A model generated the notes under the pieces. That model saw nothing but the letters and a program-made list of their open reading frames with translations. It had not been told where the DNA came from and did not search any database. From NCBI GenBank assembly GCA_040767965.1, contig JAXGNR010000004.1:480001-544000 (forward strand): a stretch of 64,000 bases of DNA, read 5' to 3'. Origin of the DNA: Atribacterota bacterium. GTDB lineage: Bacteria; Atribacterota; Phoenicimicrobiia; Phoenicimicrobiales; Stramentimicrobiaceae. Positions 46,678 to 57,445 of this stretch are shown one piece after another; the first letter of the stretch is position 1; every line of letters starts with the position of its first letter. The position numbers were made by a program, and so were the translations under genes.

Positions 46678-48183
46678 TTAGAAGTTAATATTTTCTTCAG
46701 TGTAATTTAGTTTTTCTTTTAGTTTTAGTTCATCATCGTAAGTCAAAATTGCTAGCTTGATTGCCAGAGCATCATCAGTTTGGCTAATAGGCGTAGCATG
46801 CGGGGCAGATTTTAAAAGTTCAGGTTTTTCTTTGGCTTCCTGGGATACTTTAATCATTACCTCAATAAAGTTATCCAGAGTTTCTTTGCCTTCAGATTCT
46901 GGTGGCTCAATCATAATTGTTTCATCTGCATAAGGTTCAAAATGAGGGAAATATATAGTAGGGGGGTGATAGCCATAATCCATTAACCTTTTAGCAATCT
47001 GAAGTGTCTTTATACCATATTTTTTATATTCTCTTCCTGTTAGAGTACATTCGTGCCCGCATAAGCGATCATAAGCAGGCTTGTAGTAATCTTTTAATTT
47101 TGCCAGGACATAATTTGCATTTATAATGCTTGCTTTGGATGATTCGTATAAACCTTCAGGGCCTAATGAAAGAATCCAGCTAATAGTTTTTATTAAAACA
47201 GAGAAGTTACTCCAGAAACTTCTTATCATGCCAACACTTTTTGGTCCTGCATCTTTAAAAAAGTATTTATTTGTATCCGAATTGAAATCAACCAAAGGTG
47301 TTGGCAAGTAAGGAGTCAGGTTGCTTTTTACTCCTATAACTCCAGCACCAGGACCTCCTCCTCCATGGGGAGTTGAAAAAGTTTTGTGAAGATTCAAATG
47401 AACGACATCAAAACCAGTATCTCCAGGACGGAGGATACCCAGAGAAGCATTGAGGTTGGCTCCATCGTAATATAGCAAACCACCTTTTTCATGGATAATT
47501 TTTTCTATTTTTTCAATGCCTTCATCATATAATCCAACTGTGTTTGGGTTAGTTAACATTAGCCCTACGGTTTGTTCATCCATTGCCTGGGCAAGGGCAT
47601 TTATATTAACTGTTCCCTGATCATTTGATTTGATTTCTACTACATCGAAACCTCCCATTGCAGCTGAGGCTGGGTTTGTACCATGAGCCGAATCCGGAAT
47701 TAGCATTTTATGTCTTTTTTGCCCTTGATCCAGAAAGTATTTTCTCATTATAAGTATGCCTGTTAATTCTCCATGGGCTCCGGATGCAGGTGCCATTGTG
47801 AATTGATTCATTCCAGTGATTTCACAAAGTAACTTATTTAACTCAAACATAATCTCTAAACTTCCCTGTACCAATTCAACCGGAGCGAAAGGATGTGCCT
47901 GTGTAAATCTACTTAAAGAGGCCATCTTTTCATTAATTCTTGGATTATATTTCATAGTACATGATCCAAGAGGGTATAATCCATCATCAACTCCATAATT
48001 ATACTTAGAGAGTCTGGTAAAATGCCGAATAACATCAACTTCAGAAACTTCACATAATTCTTTAATTTCTTGGTCTAAAAGCTTTGCTGGTAAAATATTA
48101 TCAATTTTTATATCATCAAACAAATCTCCCGGGATAGAATAGCCCACTCTTCCAGGTATGCTTTTTTCAAAAATAAGTTTCAT
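46678..48183 (-). CDS. gcvPB: Glycine decarboxylase subunit 2
   Basis: LGSCTMKYNP, SAHGTNPASA, HLNLHKTFSTPHGGGGPG. Confidence 0.97.
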   Translation of the reverse strand: MKLIFEKSIPGRVGYSIPGDLFDDIKIDNILPAKLLDQEIKELCEVSEVDVIRHFTRLSKYNYGVDDGLYPLGSCTMKYNPRINEKMASLSRFTQAHPFAPVELVQGSLEIMFELNKLLCEITGMNQFTMAPASGAHGELTGILIMRKYFLDQGQKRHKMLIPDSAHGTNPASAAMGGFDVVEIKSNDQGTVNINALAQAMDEQTVGLMLTNPNTVGLYDEGIEKIEKIIHEKGGLLYYDGANLNASLGILRPGDTGFDVVHLNLHKTFSTPHGGGGPGAGVIGVKSNLTPYLPTPLVDFNSDTNKYFFKDAGPKSVGMIRSFWSNFSVLIKTISWILSLGPEGLYESSKASIINANYVLAKLKDYYKPAYDRLCGHECTLTGREYKKYGIKTLQIAKRLMDYGYHPPTIYFPHFEPYADETIMIEPPESEGKETLDNFIEVMIKVSQEAKEKPELLKSAPHATPISQTDDALAIKLAILTYDDELKLKEKLNYTEENINF

Positions 48184-48192
48184 ATTATCCTC

Positions 48193-49536
48193 CTATTTAG
48201 AAAGTAACTTACTAATCAAATCCAGATCATCTCTACTGAATATTTCAGTAATGGCAAAAAGAAAAATATTTTGTAATGATTTATCATGATAATATTCCTG
48301 AATTGAAAGAGGAGGAATAAAACAGTTATCTATCAGCGTTTTTTTTAGGTATTCAGCATCACCTTTGTATCTTAACAAAAACTCATTAAAATAAGGATAA
48401 TGGTAAATTTTTTCAAAATATTTATTTTCCAATAGTAGGTTTTCTAAATAATGAGCTTTTTTTGTATTTAATAAAGAGTATTGATAAATTCCATTGGTTC
48501 CCATTAATGATAGATATATATTCGCAGCAACTACGTTTAAATTATGATTTGTACATATATTTGAAGTTGCTTTTTCACGGCGAATATCTTGTTCTCGAGC
48601 TCTAAAAGTCATTACAAAACATCTTTTGCCATCTTTGTCAGTAGTTTCCCCGGCGATTCTTCCAGGAATTTGACGGATGTATTTTTTTTGGGTAGCTAAA
48701 AAAGCATTATGAGGACCGCCAAAATCAATATCTATCCCAAAAGATTGCGTATTTCCGACTGCAATATCAACATTCATTTCTCCTGGCGGTTTTAATAAGC
48801 CAAGAGACATGCTTTCAGTAATTACCTGTATTAAGAGAGCATCATTGTCATGAGCAATTTTTGAAAAATCTGAAATGTTTTCAATGGCACCGAAAAAATT
48901 CGGGCTTTGAATGATTATACAAGCAGTCTCTTTATCAACAGATCTGTTTACTTGCTCCAGAGAAGTTAACCCATTGTTAAAAGGTAATATTTCAATATTG
49001 ATATTATGTGGATCAAGATAAGTTTTTATAGTTTCTAAATAATGGGGATGCAGTAATGATGAGACAATAATTTTATTTTTGTGTTTTAATCTTAAAGACA
49101 TAAGGATTGCTTCAGCAGTAGCAGATGCTCCATCAAATATAGAAGGCACTATCACTTCCATCTTAGTAAGTCTGGCAATATAGGTTTGATATTCAAACAT
49201 AGCCTGTAATGTACCTTGACTAAGTTCTGGCTGGTAAGGAGTATAACATGTCCAGAATTCCTGCCTTTGCATTAATGCTTTTTGTGCTTCAGGAATAAAG
49301 TGTTTATAAGCGCCTGCTCCAGTCAAGGGTTTAAATTGCTGAAAATCGGCATTTTTTTGAGAGATATTTATAATCTTGTCTTCTAGTTCAAATTCAGAAA
49401 GAGCAGGGGGTATATTTAATTTTCTTTTTAATTTAACATCTTCAGGGATACTTTCAATTAATTGTTCAAAAGAAGAAACGCCAATTTCTTTAATCATTTC
49501 TTCTTGTTGCTCTTTAGTTGATGGAATATATCTCAT
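48193..49536 (-). CDS. gcvPA: Glycine decarboxylase subunit 1
   Basis: YTPYQPELSQG, REQDIRREKATSNICTN. Confidence 0.97.
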   Translation of the reverse strand: MRYIPSTKEQQEEMIKEIGVSSFEQLIESIPEDVKLKRKLNIPPALSEFELEDKIINISQKNADFQQFKPLTGAGAYKHFIPEAQKALMQRQEFWTCYTPYQPELSQGTLQAMFEYQTYIARLTKMEVIVPSIFDGASATAEAILMSLRLKHKNKIIVSSLLHPHYLETIKTYLDPHNINIEILPFNNGLTSLEQVNRSVDKETACIIIQSPNFFGAIENISDFSKIAHDNDALLIQVITESMSLGLLKPPGEMNVDIAVGNTQSFGIDIDFGGPHNAFLATQKKYIRQIPGRIAGETTDKDGKRCFVMTFRAREQDIRREKATSNICTNHNLNVVAANIYLSLMGTNGIYQYSLLNTKKAHYLENLLLENKYFEKIYHYPYFNEFLLRYKGDAEYLKKTLIDNCFIPPLSIQEYYHDKSLQNIFLFAITEIFSRDDLDLISKLLSK

Positions 49537-49554
49537 AATATTTACTCCTGCTTT

Positions 49555-49941
49555 TTATTCTTTACGAAATTCAGTATATTCAGAAACAGTCATAAGTTCT
49601 TTTATTTCATCCGGATTATTTATTTTTATTTTTGCGAACCATCCTGCTCCAAATGGATCTTGATTCACAATTGATGGATCGTCAATTACATTTTGGTTTA
49701 TTTCAACAACTTCTCCACCTATGGGAGAGTAAACATCAGAAACTGCTTTTACAGATTCCACAGTAGTAAGAACATCGCCCTTGCTAATTTTGTTCCCTAA
49801 CTTTATTTCTTCTATATATACAATGTCACCTAATTGATCCTGGGCATAATCTGTAATTCCTATTGTAACTATATCAGAACCTTCATCTTTTACCCATTCA
49901 TCATTTTTACTATAATATACATCTTTTGAAATTTTAACCAT
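49555..49941 (-). CDS. gcvH: Glycine cleavage H protein (lipoyl carrier)
   Basis: GITDYAQDQLGD, ESVKAVSD lipoyl lysine; ATG after GGAGG. Confidence 0.97.
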   Translation of the reverse strand: MVKISKDVYYSKNDEWVKDEGSDIVTIGITDYAQDQLGDIVYIEEIKLGNKISKGDVLTTVESVKAVSDVYSPIGGEVVEINQNVIDDPSIVNQDPFGAGWFAKIKINNPDEIKELMTVSEYTEFRKE

Positions 49942-49975
49942 TGTAAATACCTCCAAATTTATTATTTTTATTATT

Positions 49976-51673
49976 TTAAAACAAACCGATGGTTTTGCCA
50001 TCTTTATCAATATCTATTTTTGCAGCTGACGGTAGTGACGGCAGTCCAGGCATAGTCATCATTGTACCTAAAAGAGGGTAGAGGAAACCAGCACCAACCG
50101 AAGCTTTAATATCACGAATTGGGACTAAAAAGTTTTTAGGCCTTCCCTTTAAAGCTGGATCATGCGATAAAGAGAGATGGGTTTTTGCCATACAAATAGG
50201 CAAGTCACTGAAGCCAGCGGATTCAAACAATTTGATATTTTTCAAGGCTTGATTTTCATAAGTTACTCCTTGAGCTCCATATACCTTTGTTGCAATAGTT
50301 TCAATTTTTTCTTTGATAGTGGCATTCAACGGGTACAGATAATGGAAATTATTTTCTTTTTCGGTTGCAGCAACTACTGCTTCAGCTAGTTCAGTACATC
50401 CTGTGCCGCCTTTTTCCCAGCCTTCATGGGTTACTACTGATGCGGCACCGTATTTTAATCCAATTTCTTTAATAAGATTAATTTCATTTTCTGTATCAGT
50501 AGGGAATCGATTGATAACCACGATAGGCGTTACACCATGCAATTGAACATTTTCAATATGTTTTTGTAAATTTTCACATCCTTTCTCGACAGCTTTTAAA
50601 TCTTCCTGTGCTAATTTTTTCTGGTCTAATGGTTTACCAGCTATCACCTGAATAGCATCCCCATGCATTTTTAAAGCCCGGATTGTGCATACTATTACAG
50701 CAGCATCAACCCTCAAGTTGCTTGTTCTGCATTTTATGTTACACATTTTTTCAAATCCCATATCTGACCCAAAGCCTGCTTCAGTAACAACGTAATCAGC
50801 GAGTCTTGTAGCAATCAAATCTGCCAAGACAGAGTTGTTTCCATGGGCAATATTAGCAAAAGGACCACAATGCATAAAACAGGCTCCGTGTTCCAGTGTT
50901 TGAATAAGATTAGGATTAATTGCGTCTTTTAGCAATACGGTCATAGCTCCAGCTGCTTTTAGATCTTCTGCTGTAACAGGTTTTCCTTCCTTTGTATAAG
51001 CAACAGTCATTTTGCTCAATCTGTTTCGCAGGTCAAAAATATCAGTTGATAAAGCTAAGATTGCCATAACTTCTGAAGCAACTGTTATATCAAATCCTGT
51101 TTCTCGCGGAATGCCGTTAGTTTTTCCTCCCAATCCAATGACAATATTTCTTATTGAACGATCGGATATATCCAATACGCGGTTAATTCCAATACTATGC
51201 AAGTCAATGTTTAATTTGTTTCCTTTTTGCAAATGGGTGTCTAACATGGCACAAAGCAAATTATTAGCTGACCCTACAGCATGGATATCCCCTGTAAAAT
51301 GTAAATTTAAATCTTCCATTGGTACAACTTGAGAGAAACCACCTCCGGCAGCTCCTCCTTTAATACCAAAAACAGGGCCCATTGAAGGCTCTCTTAGAGT
51401 ATTGATAACATTTTTACCAATCTTGGCTAGGCCTTGTCCTAGGCCAATTGTGGTGACTGTTTTCCCTTCGCCAAGAGGGGTAGGGGTAATTGCAGTAACA
51501 ACGATGTATTTCCCTTGTTTTTTGTCACGTATACGATTAAGAATATTTGTTTTAACCTTAGCCTTAAATTTACCATAAAGTTCTAACTCTTCTTCTTCAA
51601 TACCAATAGAAGCTGCTATTTCATTGATGGGTTTTAATTTAGTGCTTTGAGCAATTTCCAGGTCTGATAACAT
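49976..51673 (-). CDS. fhs: Formate-tetrahydrofolate ligase
   Basis: TPTPLGEGKT, GIKGGAAGGG, GPFANIAHG, ICMAKT, TMPGLP. Confidence 0.98.
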   Translation of the reverse strand: MLSDLEIAQSTKLKPINEIAASIGIEEEELELYGKFKAKVKTNILNRIRDKKQGKYIVVTAITPTPLGEGKTVTTIGLGQGLAKIGKNVINTLREPSMGPVFGIKGGAAGGGFSQVVPMEDLNLHFTGDIHAVGSANNLLCAMLDTHLQKGNKLNIDLHSIGINRVLDISDRSIRNIVIGLGGKTNGIPRETGFDITVASEVMAILALSTDIFDLRNRLSKMTVAYTKEGKPVTAEDLKAAGAMTVLLKDAINPNLIQTLEHGACFMHCGPFANIAHGNNSVLADLIATRLADYVVTEAGFGSDMGFEKMCNIKCRTSNLRVDAAVIVCTIRALKMHGDAIQVIAGKPLDQKKLAQEDLKAVEKGCENLQKHIENVQLHGVTPIVVINRFPTDTENEINLIKEIGLKYGAASVVTHEGWEKGGTGCTELAEAVVAATEKENNFHYLYPLNATIKEKIETIATKVYGAQGVTYENQALKNIKLFESAGFSDLPICMAKTHLSLSHDPALKGRPKNFLVPIRDIKASVGAGFLYPLLGTMMTMPGLPSLPSAAKIDIDKDGKTIGLF

Positions 51674-51702
51674 GAATACCTCCTTAGATTTATTTTTATT
51701 TT

Positions 51703-51747
51703 ACATAAAAAAAGACAGGTCCTATTATTTATATTTAGGACTCTGTC
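51703..51747 (-). terminator. Riboswitch expression-platform terminator
   Basis: GACAGAGTCCTA...TAGGACCTGTC plus TTTTTTT on the - strand; 5' arm overlaps the 3' P1 strand of aptamer 2. Confidence 0.85.
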
Positions 51748-51994
51748 TATAAACCTGAGAGATTTTTCCTAGAAAAAAGATTTTAATTAAATTATAGAAA
51801 ATTTTATTTTTTTTCATATCTATTTTTAATTAAAAAACAAAATATAATCAGGAAATTGCCCCTTTGGTGACCTTACGATCTTTCCAGAGTTCTGTCCGAC
51901 TTCGGTCCCATTGCCTGAGAGTTTAGATGTTCTCATCTTGCCCCTTCGGCGTTTTTTCATAAAAGAAAAAAACTCTCCCGAAATCTTCATACAG
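51740..51994 (-). ncRNA. Tandem glycine riboswitch (ON switch)
   Basis: Aptamer 1 GGGAGAG..GCCGAAGGGGCAA..CTCTCAGG; aptamer 2 CTCTGGAAAG..CACCAAAGGGGCAA..CTCTCAGG..ACAGAG; leader CTGTATGA / linker GGACAG k-turn pairing. Confidence 0.93.
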
Positions 51995-52140
51995 GTTAAG
52001 AATAAATTATTCTTGAATATGTTTATGTAAAGAAATATAAATATGCTATAATTGTAAATACTTTTTTATTTTTAAAAACATTATATAATATAAAAAGAAT
52101 GTTGACAAATATTTAAATTTAAAGGGAGTGAGATAGTCAG

Positions 52141-53703
52141 TTGGATAATAAATTAGAAGTAGAAGCCAAAAATAACTCGATTGTTATTTTAGATTTTGGA
52201 TCACAGTATACCCAGCTAATTGCCAGAAGAATTAGAGAAATGCAGGTTTATTCTGAAATAATTCCCTATGATAAAGCATTTCCAGCGCTATACAGCAATA
52301 TCCCAAAAGGAGTAATATTGTCTGGCGGACCGGATAGTGTTCTAAATGAAAATTATGCAACAATTACAAATGAAATCTTTCATTTAAAAATACCAATTTT
52401 GGGAATTTGCTATGGTTCCCAACTGATAACTAGGTTAATGGAAGGAAAAGTGAACAACGCCGGTAAAGCAGAGTTTGGGAATACAAAAGTAAAAATAAAT
52501 GATAAAGAAGATCTATTTTATGGTTTACCGGAAAATATTACTGCATGGATGAGCCATAATGATGTTATTACTAAGGTTCCCACTGATTTTAAGATAACTG
52601 CTTTATCTTCAGATGGTAAGATTGCTGCTTTTTCAAACAATCACGACTTGATTTATGGATTACAATTTCATCCTGAGGTAACCCATACCGAGAGAGGTAT
52701 TGATATACTGCATAATTTTGTGTTTAGAATTTGCAATTGCTCCAAAACATGGACTCCAAATGCATTTATCGACGATAAGATTAGAGAAATCAAGCAAAAG
52801 GTTGGTAATGGCATGGTAGTAGCAGGTGTTAGCGGAGGGATAGATTCTTTAGTTGCAGCAATATTGACAAATAAAGCTATTCCTGAGCAATTGCATTGCA
52901 TATTTATAGACACTGGCCTTATGCGCAAGAATGAAGCTAAGGAAGTAAGAGAAATATTTAAAAAGCATACAAATATAATTTTGCATGATTATGATCATGG
53001 AAAAGATTTCCTTCAAGCATTACGTGATATTGAAAATCCGGAAGAAAAAAGAAAAATTATTGGTAATTTATTTGTAAGAATATTTGAAGAAAAAGCAAAA
53101 GAAATAGGAGGAGTTACCCATCTTTTGCAGGGTACTCTTTATCCAGACGTGATAGAAAGCACTTCTACTGGTGGTCCTTCAGCAAAGATTAAATCTCATC
53201 ACAATGTTGGAGGTTTACCAGAAAAAATGGATTTAAAATTACTGGAACCTTTAAGAGAATTATTTAAAGATGAAGTTAGGAAAATAGGAGAACAGTTAAA
53301 TATTCCGAAAAATATTTTGGCAAGACAACCTTTCCCAGGGCCAGGACTAGCAATTCGTGTTGTTGGTAAAATAGAAGAAGAAAAATTAAGAATATTAAAA
53401 GATGCTGATGAAATTATAAGAAATGAAATACAAAAAGAAGGACTGGATCAAGATCTCTGGCAATATTTTGGAATACTACTACCAGTAAAATCTGTTGGAG
53501 TAATGGGAGATTTAAGAACTTACGAATACACCCTTGTAATTAGAGCAGTTAGCAGTATTGACGGCATGACTGCTGATTGGGCAAAGTTACCAGTTGATTT
53601 TCTGACAAAAATTTCAAATCAATTAATAAATAATGTTAAAGGCATAAATAGGGTTCTTTATGATATTAGTTCAAAACCACCTGCTACTATTGAATGGGAA
53701 TAG
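52141..53703 (+). CDS. guaA: GMP synthase (glutamine-hydrolysing)
   Basis: DFGSQY, GICYG, QFHPEV, IKSHHNVGG, KPPATIEWE. Confidence 0.98.
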   Translation: MDNKLEVEAKNNSIVILDFGSQYTQLIARRIREMQVYSEIIPYDKAFPALYSNIPKGVILSGGPDSVLNENYATITNEIFHLKIPILGICYGSQLITRLMEGKVNNAGKAEFGNTKVKINDKEDLFYGLPENITAWMSHNDVITKVPTDFKITALSSDGKIAAFSNNHDLIYGLQFHPEVTHTERGIDILHNFVFRICNCSKTWTPNAFIDDKIREIKQKVGNGMVVAGVSGGIDSLVAAILTNKAIPEQLHCIFIDTGLMRKNEAKEVREIFKKHTNIILHDYDHGKDFLQALRDIENPEEKRKIIGNLFVRIFEEKAKEIGGVTHLLQGTLYPDVIESTSTGGPSAKIKSHHNVGGLPEKMDLKLLEPLRELFKDEVRKIGEQLNIPKNILARQPFPGPGLAIRVVGKIEEEKLRILKDADEIIRNEIQKEGLDQDLWQYFGILLPVKSVGVMGDLRTYEYTLVIRAVSSIDGMTADWAKLPVDFLTKISNQLINNVKGINRVLYDISSKPPATIEWE

Positions 53704-53798
53704 AGCTAATATTATCATTTAATATTTATAAAAACCAATATATCTAATATAAAACAAGATTACTATTTTATCTTGAAAATAAGATGAAAACTTATTAA

Positions 53799-55091
<1,293 letters not shown>

Positions 55092-55131
55092 AAAATTTAT
55101 TAATCTAATTGATAATTTAAATATGTAGGAG

Positions 55132-56439
55132 ATGATAAAATTGATTGAAAGATATTCGCTAAACCCTATGAAGTCATTATGGAACGATAAAGAAAAATAC
55201 GATTCTTGGCTAAAAGTGGAATTAGCAGTTTGCGAAGCAAGAAAAGAATTGGGAATTATTGACAATAGTACATTCAAGATAATAAAAGAAAAATCAAAAT
55301 ATTCAATAAAAAGAATAAATGAAATTGAAAAAATTACCAGACATGATGTTTTGGCATTTACAACAAGCGTAGGTGAAAATTTAGGAGACTACTCCCGCTA
55401 TTTTCATCAGGGACTAACATCTTCTGATATTTTAGATACTGCTTTGAGCCTGGTCTTAAAAAAGGTTTCAAACTGTCTTGTTAATGATATGATTTTAATA
55501 ATATCAGATTTAAAAAAGCTGGCATTCCAGCACAAAAAAACTGTCATGATAGGAAGAACTCATGGTGTACATGCTGAACCGATTACTTTTGGTTTTAAAC
55601 TTACATTGTGGTATTCTGAAATGTTGAGAAATTTAAATAGATTAAAATATGCTACCGAAGAATTAAACTATGGTAAAATATCAGGAGCGGTTGGCACTTT
55701 TGCTCATATAGATCCACAAATAGAAGAACTGGTTTGTAAAAAATTAAAATTAAAACCTGCTGGAATATCTAGCCAAATCATACAAAGAGACAGGCATGCG
55801 CATTATGTAAGCGTTTTAGCTGTTATTGCCTCATCATTAGAAAAATTTGCTACTGAAATAAGAAGCCTTCAAAGAACAGAAATATTAGAAATGGAAGAAA
55901 GTTTTGCCAAAGGACAAAAAGGTTCATCCGCGATGCCACATAAGAAGAATCCAATTCTATGTGAAAGAATATGCGGCTTATCAAGAATTTTGAGAGGGTA
56001 TGCTTTGTCAGCCTTAGAAAATAATAATTTATGGCATGAAAGAGATATTTCAAATTCATCAGTAGAGAGAATTGTTTTGCCAGATAGTACTATATTATTA
56101 GATTATATGCTGAATAAATTTCATTTTATCTTAGAAAATTTAAAGGTAAATAAAGAAAATATGGAAAAAAATATTGAAACAACAGGAGGACTTATTTTTT
56201 CTCAAAGGGTAATGCTTTTATTAACTGAAAAAGGCTTATCAAGAGAAAATGCCTATCAAATAGTACAGGAAATATCATTAAAATCATGGGAAGAAAATAG
56301 AAAATTTAAAGAATTGTTAATAAAAAACCCAGTTATAAAAAAATACCTGAAAGAAGATGAAATTAACTCGTGTTTTAATTATAATTATTACTTAAAACAT
56401 ATTGACTATATTTTTAAAAGAGTATATCAAGAAATTTAA
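55132..56439 (+). CDS. purB: Adenylosuccinate lyase
   Basis: GRTHGVHAEP, GSSAMPHKKNP. Confidence 0.98.
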   Translation: MIKLIERYSLNPMKSLWNDKEKYDSWLKVELAVCEARKELGIIDNSTFKIIKEKSKYSIKRINEIEKITRHDVLAFTTSVGENLGDYSRYFHQGLTSSDILDTALSLVLKKVSNCLVNDMILIISDLKKLAFQHKKTVMIGRTHGVHAEPITFGFKLTLWYSEMLRNLNRLKYATEELNYGKISGAVGTFAHIDPQIEELVCKKLKLKPAGISSQIIQRDRHAHYVSVLAVIASSLEKFATEIRSLQRTEILEMEESFAKGQKGSSAMPHKKNPILCERICGLSRILRGYALSALENNNLWHERDISNSSVERIVLPDSTILLDYMLNKFHFILENLKVNKENMEKNIETTGGLIFSQRVMLLLTEKGLSRENAYQIVQEISLKSWEENRKFKELLIKNPVIKKYLKEDEINSCFNYNYYLKHIDYIFKRVYQEI

Positions 56440-56445
56440 TAACAA

Positions 56446-56476
56446 AGCAGAAATTATTTGATATTTCTGTTTGTTT
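56446..56476 (+). terminator. Weak terminator-like hairpin after purB
   Basis: GCAGAAAT/ATTTCTGT stem then TTGTTT. Confidence 0.4.
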
Positions 56477-56506
56477 AAAAGAATATATATAGGGAGGATA
56501 TTTTTA

Positions 56507-57415
56507 ATGAAATCAGAAAAAATATGGATGGATGGATCAATGGTTGAATGGGACAAAGCCCAAGTGCATGTTTTAACCCATGCGCTTCATTATGGTAGTG
56601 GAGTGTTTGAAGGGATCAGAGCGTATAAAACTGATAAAGGCCCTGCCGTATTCAGATTGAAGGATCATGTTGAGAGACTTTTTAATTCAGCTAAAATATT
56701 AAGAATGGAGATCCCTTTTTCTAGAGAAGAAATTTCTGCCGCTATTAAAAATATAGTTAAAGAAAATAAATTAGAGAGTTGTTACATCAGGCCTTTAGTT
56801 TATCGCGGTTACAATAGATTAGGTTTAAACCCTTTTAGTTGTCCCGTAAAAGTCATGATTGCAGCCTGGGATTGGGGAGCTTATTTAGGTGAAGAAGCAT
56901 TAGCAAAAGGTGTCAGGGCGATTATATCAAGCTGGCAGCGCAGTAATATTAATACTACTTCTGCAAAGGCAAAAATTTGTGGTAATTATATTAACTCTAT
57001 TTTTGCCAATATGGAAGCCATGGAATCAGGAGTTGAAGAAGCAATTCTTTTAGATAGTAATGGCTATGTTGCTGAAGGACCTGGAGAGAACATATTTTGG
57101 GTTAAAGATGGTATTATTTTTACTCCTCCTTTGACATCTGTATTGGAGGGAATTACCAGAAAAACTGTAATTAAAATTGCAACAGATATGGGTTATGAGT
57201 TAAAAGAGGAGTTTGCAGCACGTGATGTTCTATATCTTGCTGATGAAGCATTTTTTGCCGGTTCTGCTGCTGAACTAACCCCTATCAGGGAAATTGACCA
57301 TTATACTATTGGCAAGGGAGAAAGAGGTCCCATCAGTACTAAGCTGCAAAGTAAGCTATTTGATGTTTTTAAAGGAAAAGAAAAGAAATATTTAGATTGG
57401 TCAGACTTTGTTTAA
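56507..57415 (+). CDS. ilvE: Branched-chain amino acid aminotransferase
   Basis: LHYGSGVFEGIRAY, AKICGNY, EGPGENIF, LEGITR. Confidence 0.95.
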   Translation: MKSEKIWMDGSMVEWDKAQVHVLTHALHYGSGVFEGIRAYKTDKGPAVFRLKDHVERLFNSAKILRMEIPFSREEISAAIKNIVKENKLESCYIRPLVYRGYNRLGLNPFSCPVKVMIAAWDWGAYLGEEALAKGVRAIISSWQRSNINTTSAKAKICGNYINSIFANMEAMESGVEEAILLDSNGYVAEGPGENIFWVKDGIIFTPPLTSVLEGITRKTVIKIATDMGYELKEEFAARDVLYLADEAFFAGSAAELTPIREIDHYTIGKGERGPISTKLQSKLFDVFKGKEKKYLDWSDFV

Positions 57416-57445
57416 TAATAAATAATTTACTGGAGGAGAAATTAT

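Noticed and set aside
52000-52140. Possible purine riboswitch upstream of guaA
   Set aside because: No purine aptamer core; the region is AT-rich promoter sequence (TGCTATAAT at 52044-52052)
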